Of a stretch of 64,000 nt of DNA, positions 61,851 through 64,000 are shown in pieces. The notes under the pieces were generated by a model. That model worked only from the letters and a program-made list of their open reading frames with translations. It had not been told where the DNA came from and ran no database searches. The translations under genes and the position numbers were made by a program. The DNA comes from Convolutriloba macropyga. Lineage: Eukaryota. The stretch lies in the NCBI RefSeq assembly GCF_964194025.1, contig NC_134480.1, positions 13,826,001 through 13,890,000 on the forward strand. Direction: 5' to 3'. Position 1 is the first letter of the stretch. Each line of letters opens with the position of its first letter.

Positions 61851-64000
61851 CTATCTGCAGCATTAAAACAACAATTGAAATTGAAAACTAAAGATACACA
61901 ACAGACTAAAAACTTTTTTTAAATCAGAGGAAGCCGTCAAAAAATTTCTAGCCTGTGTTTCAATCAGTCAAGACAGTGTAGGTGGTTTTCGATTGCTTTA
62001 CAAATGATCTAGCATTGCGTTGAAATAGATGCAAATAGTTGATTTTTTGGGCGGAAAACTGTTAATAAAAATTGGTGGTTGAGAGATTGTCCTCCCGAAT
62101 TACATTTCCCAAGATTGTTTAGAGAACAAATGCAATTTTCACGATAAAAATTACCAAGAAATGACTATTGAACTTATAATTTGACCTGCAAATTATTCAG
62201 TGGGCAGATTTTTTTAAATGTGACCTTTTTGATGCAAAGTTTGCTGACTAAGTTTAGTTGAAAAAATTGAAATCTGCGCATTAAGAAGCCTTATGACTTA
62301 AAAATGCAAAAGATAAGGCTGAAATGCAAAAAAAAACATGAAAACTGGTTCCCGAAAAATTGATTCCAGGAGTAAAAATGTTAATATTTATCACGTTATA
62401 CCTCTATAATATTCTCCTAGACAAAAATATTATTTTCAAAAAGAATCTTATAACCTTTTTTTAATAAACGCTGCAGCCTTTGTCAGTCACTCGTAGCAAC
62501 ATTTTTTGAAAAAAAATTGAAACTTTTATCAGGTGGACAGGTAAATACTCAATTTAACGCAGAGTTCGCTGATTGAAAAAAATACGTTTTTAAGGAAACT
62601 ATAATTCAGGAATTTTTTTTGGTTGAGGAATAATTTGAATCAAATTTGTGTAACCAGTGTAATTTATTAGTTGAGTTGTCTTCTGTTGATGTTGGAAATA
62701 GTTTGATAAAAATCTGATTGAATCTTCCCGGAAAAAGAACTAGAATCTGGTTGCGTAACTTCCCTGAAAAGGGACTAGAATCTGGTCGAAAATTCAGAGA
62801 GTTAACTTTTCAAACTTGAAATATTTTGCTCTTGAAGCTTTTTTTGCACTTATCGACCAAAATTGGCTTGGTAAACATATCACTTGAGAAACTCGCATTA
62901 CACGATATTGATTTGAAAATTTTCAATTCTATTTCTGAAAACATCCGAATCATAAAGATTTTTCAAATGGGTAATTTCGGCTGCACGTCTGTATTCTGTG
63001 TTCCTTTTGTGTTTCATTTTAATTAGCTTAATTAGCTTCCCTTAATTTTTAAGCTTATATGTACATAACAGCAGTTAAAAACGTTTAACTGTATTTTTTA
63101 AACTCTGTATTATGCTCTTAATTTTTTGAAATTTTTAAAACAAATTGTTGTTACTTCTCTCATAACTACGTTTTGTGCGTTTGACCAGTTTTGCTGGCAC
63201 ATGAAAGTTTATGTAGATGGCCTTGAAAAATGATTTTTGTTGTCTTGAGTTGATATTTTCTGGCTGTTTCCTGTGTTTGTGCACCAGAAACAAGGATAAC
63301 TTTATGAGCGAATTGTTGTTTTGTTTTAAGCCATTATTTAAGAATTTCACTTTTGATTTAAAATTAGTTTTAGTTAATATATATTATTTTTCTCTATTGT
63401 ATTTTTTGGACCGATCTTCGAATTATTATTTTTTTTCGGTCACCTGAATCACTGTTTAATTAATTGTATATTTCTTTGTTATATCTGCTTTCTTAAACTG
63501 TTTACTCCTTCGCCAGATTTAAAGTTCAGAGTTGCCCTTAAATCACTAAATGTCTTTATTAAGTCAGTCCAGGGTTGAAGTTTTTGTTCAAAAATGTTTT
63601 TTCAGAACCCAGTCTTTTTAGATCCATTGATGAAAAAGTTCAGCTAATTGAACAAAAAACTTTCCAATCAAGTTCTTTACAAGTGCAGAAGTATTTTTTC
63701 TGCGCAGATTTATATATTTTTTTGTTTTTCTCAAAATTGTGATGAACGCAACTTAATCAATATAGCCAATTTATTGCTTGTCATAAACGAGTATGAACAT
63801 TAGATGCAGCCCTACCTAAAACAAGCAGTTAGAAATGGTATCATAGGTAAATGCAATCTTCAATTTTCTAATGTTCTGTGAAAAATTATATGATCTTGAT
63901 TTATAGAAGTTGCATTTCCCATTAAAACGAGAGTAATTTCTTTGGAAACGAGAGAAAATCACAAATACGGTACAAAATTTTGTTAAATATTTACGTGGAA

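Overview
AT-rich, repeat-dense eukaryotic DNA that looks like an invertebrate animal genome; the lineage cannot be fixed from the sequence. There are two assembly gaps. Three spliced protein genes can be reconstructed by hand. (1) A divergent HSP70 on the minus strand, 5 exons, 21497->~15164, with no EEVD visible. (2) A helical TPR-like protein with a degenerate J-domain-like C-terminus on the plus strand, 27913->~34253, head-to-head with the HSP70. (3) A secreted trypsin-fold pseudo-protease on the minus strand, 58734->44571. Between the HSP70 and the TPR-like gene lies a decayed FLYWCH/MULE transposon with a 9-bp TSD. The rest is MITEs, long-TIR elements, a tRNA-containing repeat and a 1.9-kb tandem duplication. 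The most striking observation is in the splicing. The best-fitting exon junctions in two unrelated genes imply non-canonical 5' splice sites (GA and GG). In both introns the first nucleotides base-pair (17 bp perfect; about 15 bp with G.U wobbles) with sequence ending 7-8 nt before the 3' AG. This suggests a structure-defined class of non-canonical introns, coexisting with a 30-nt micro-intron. All gene models are inferred without transcript data.
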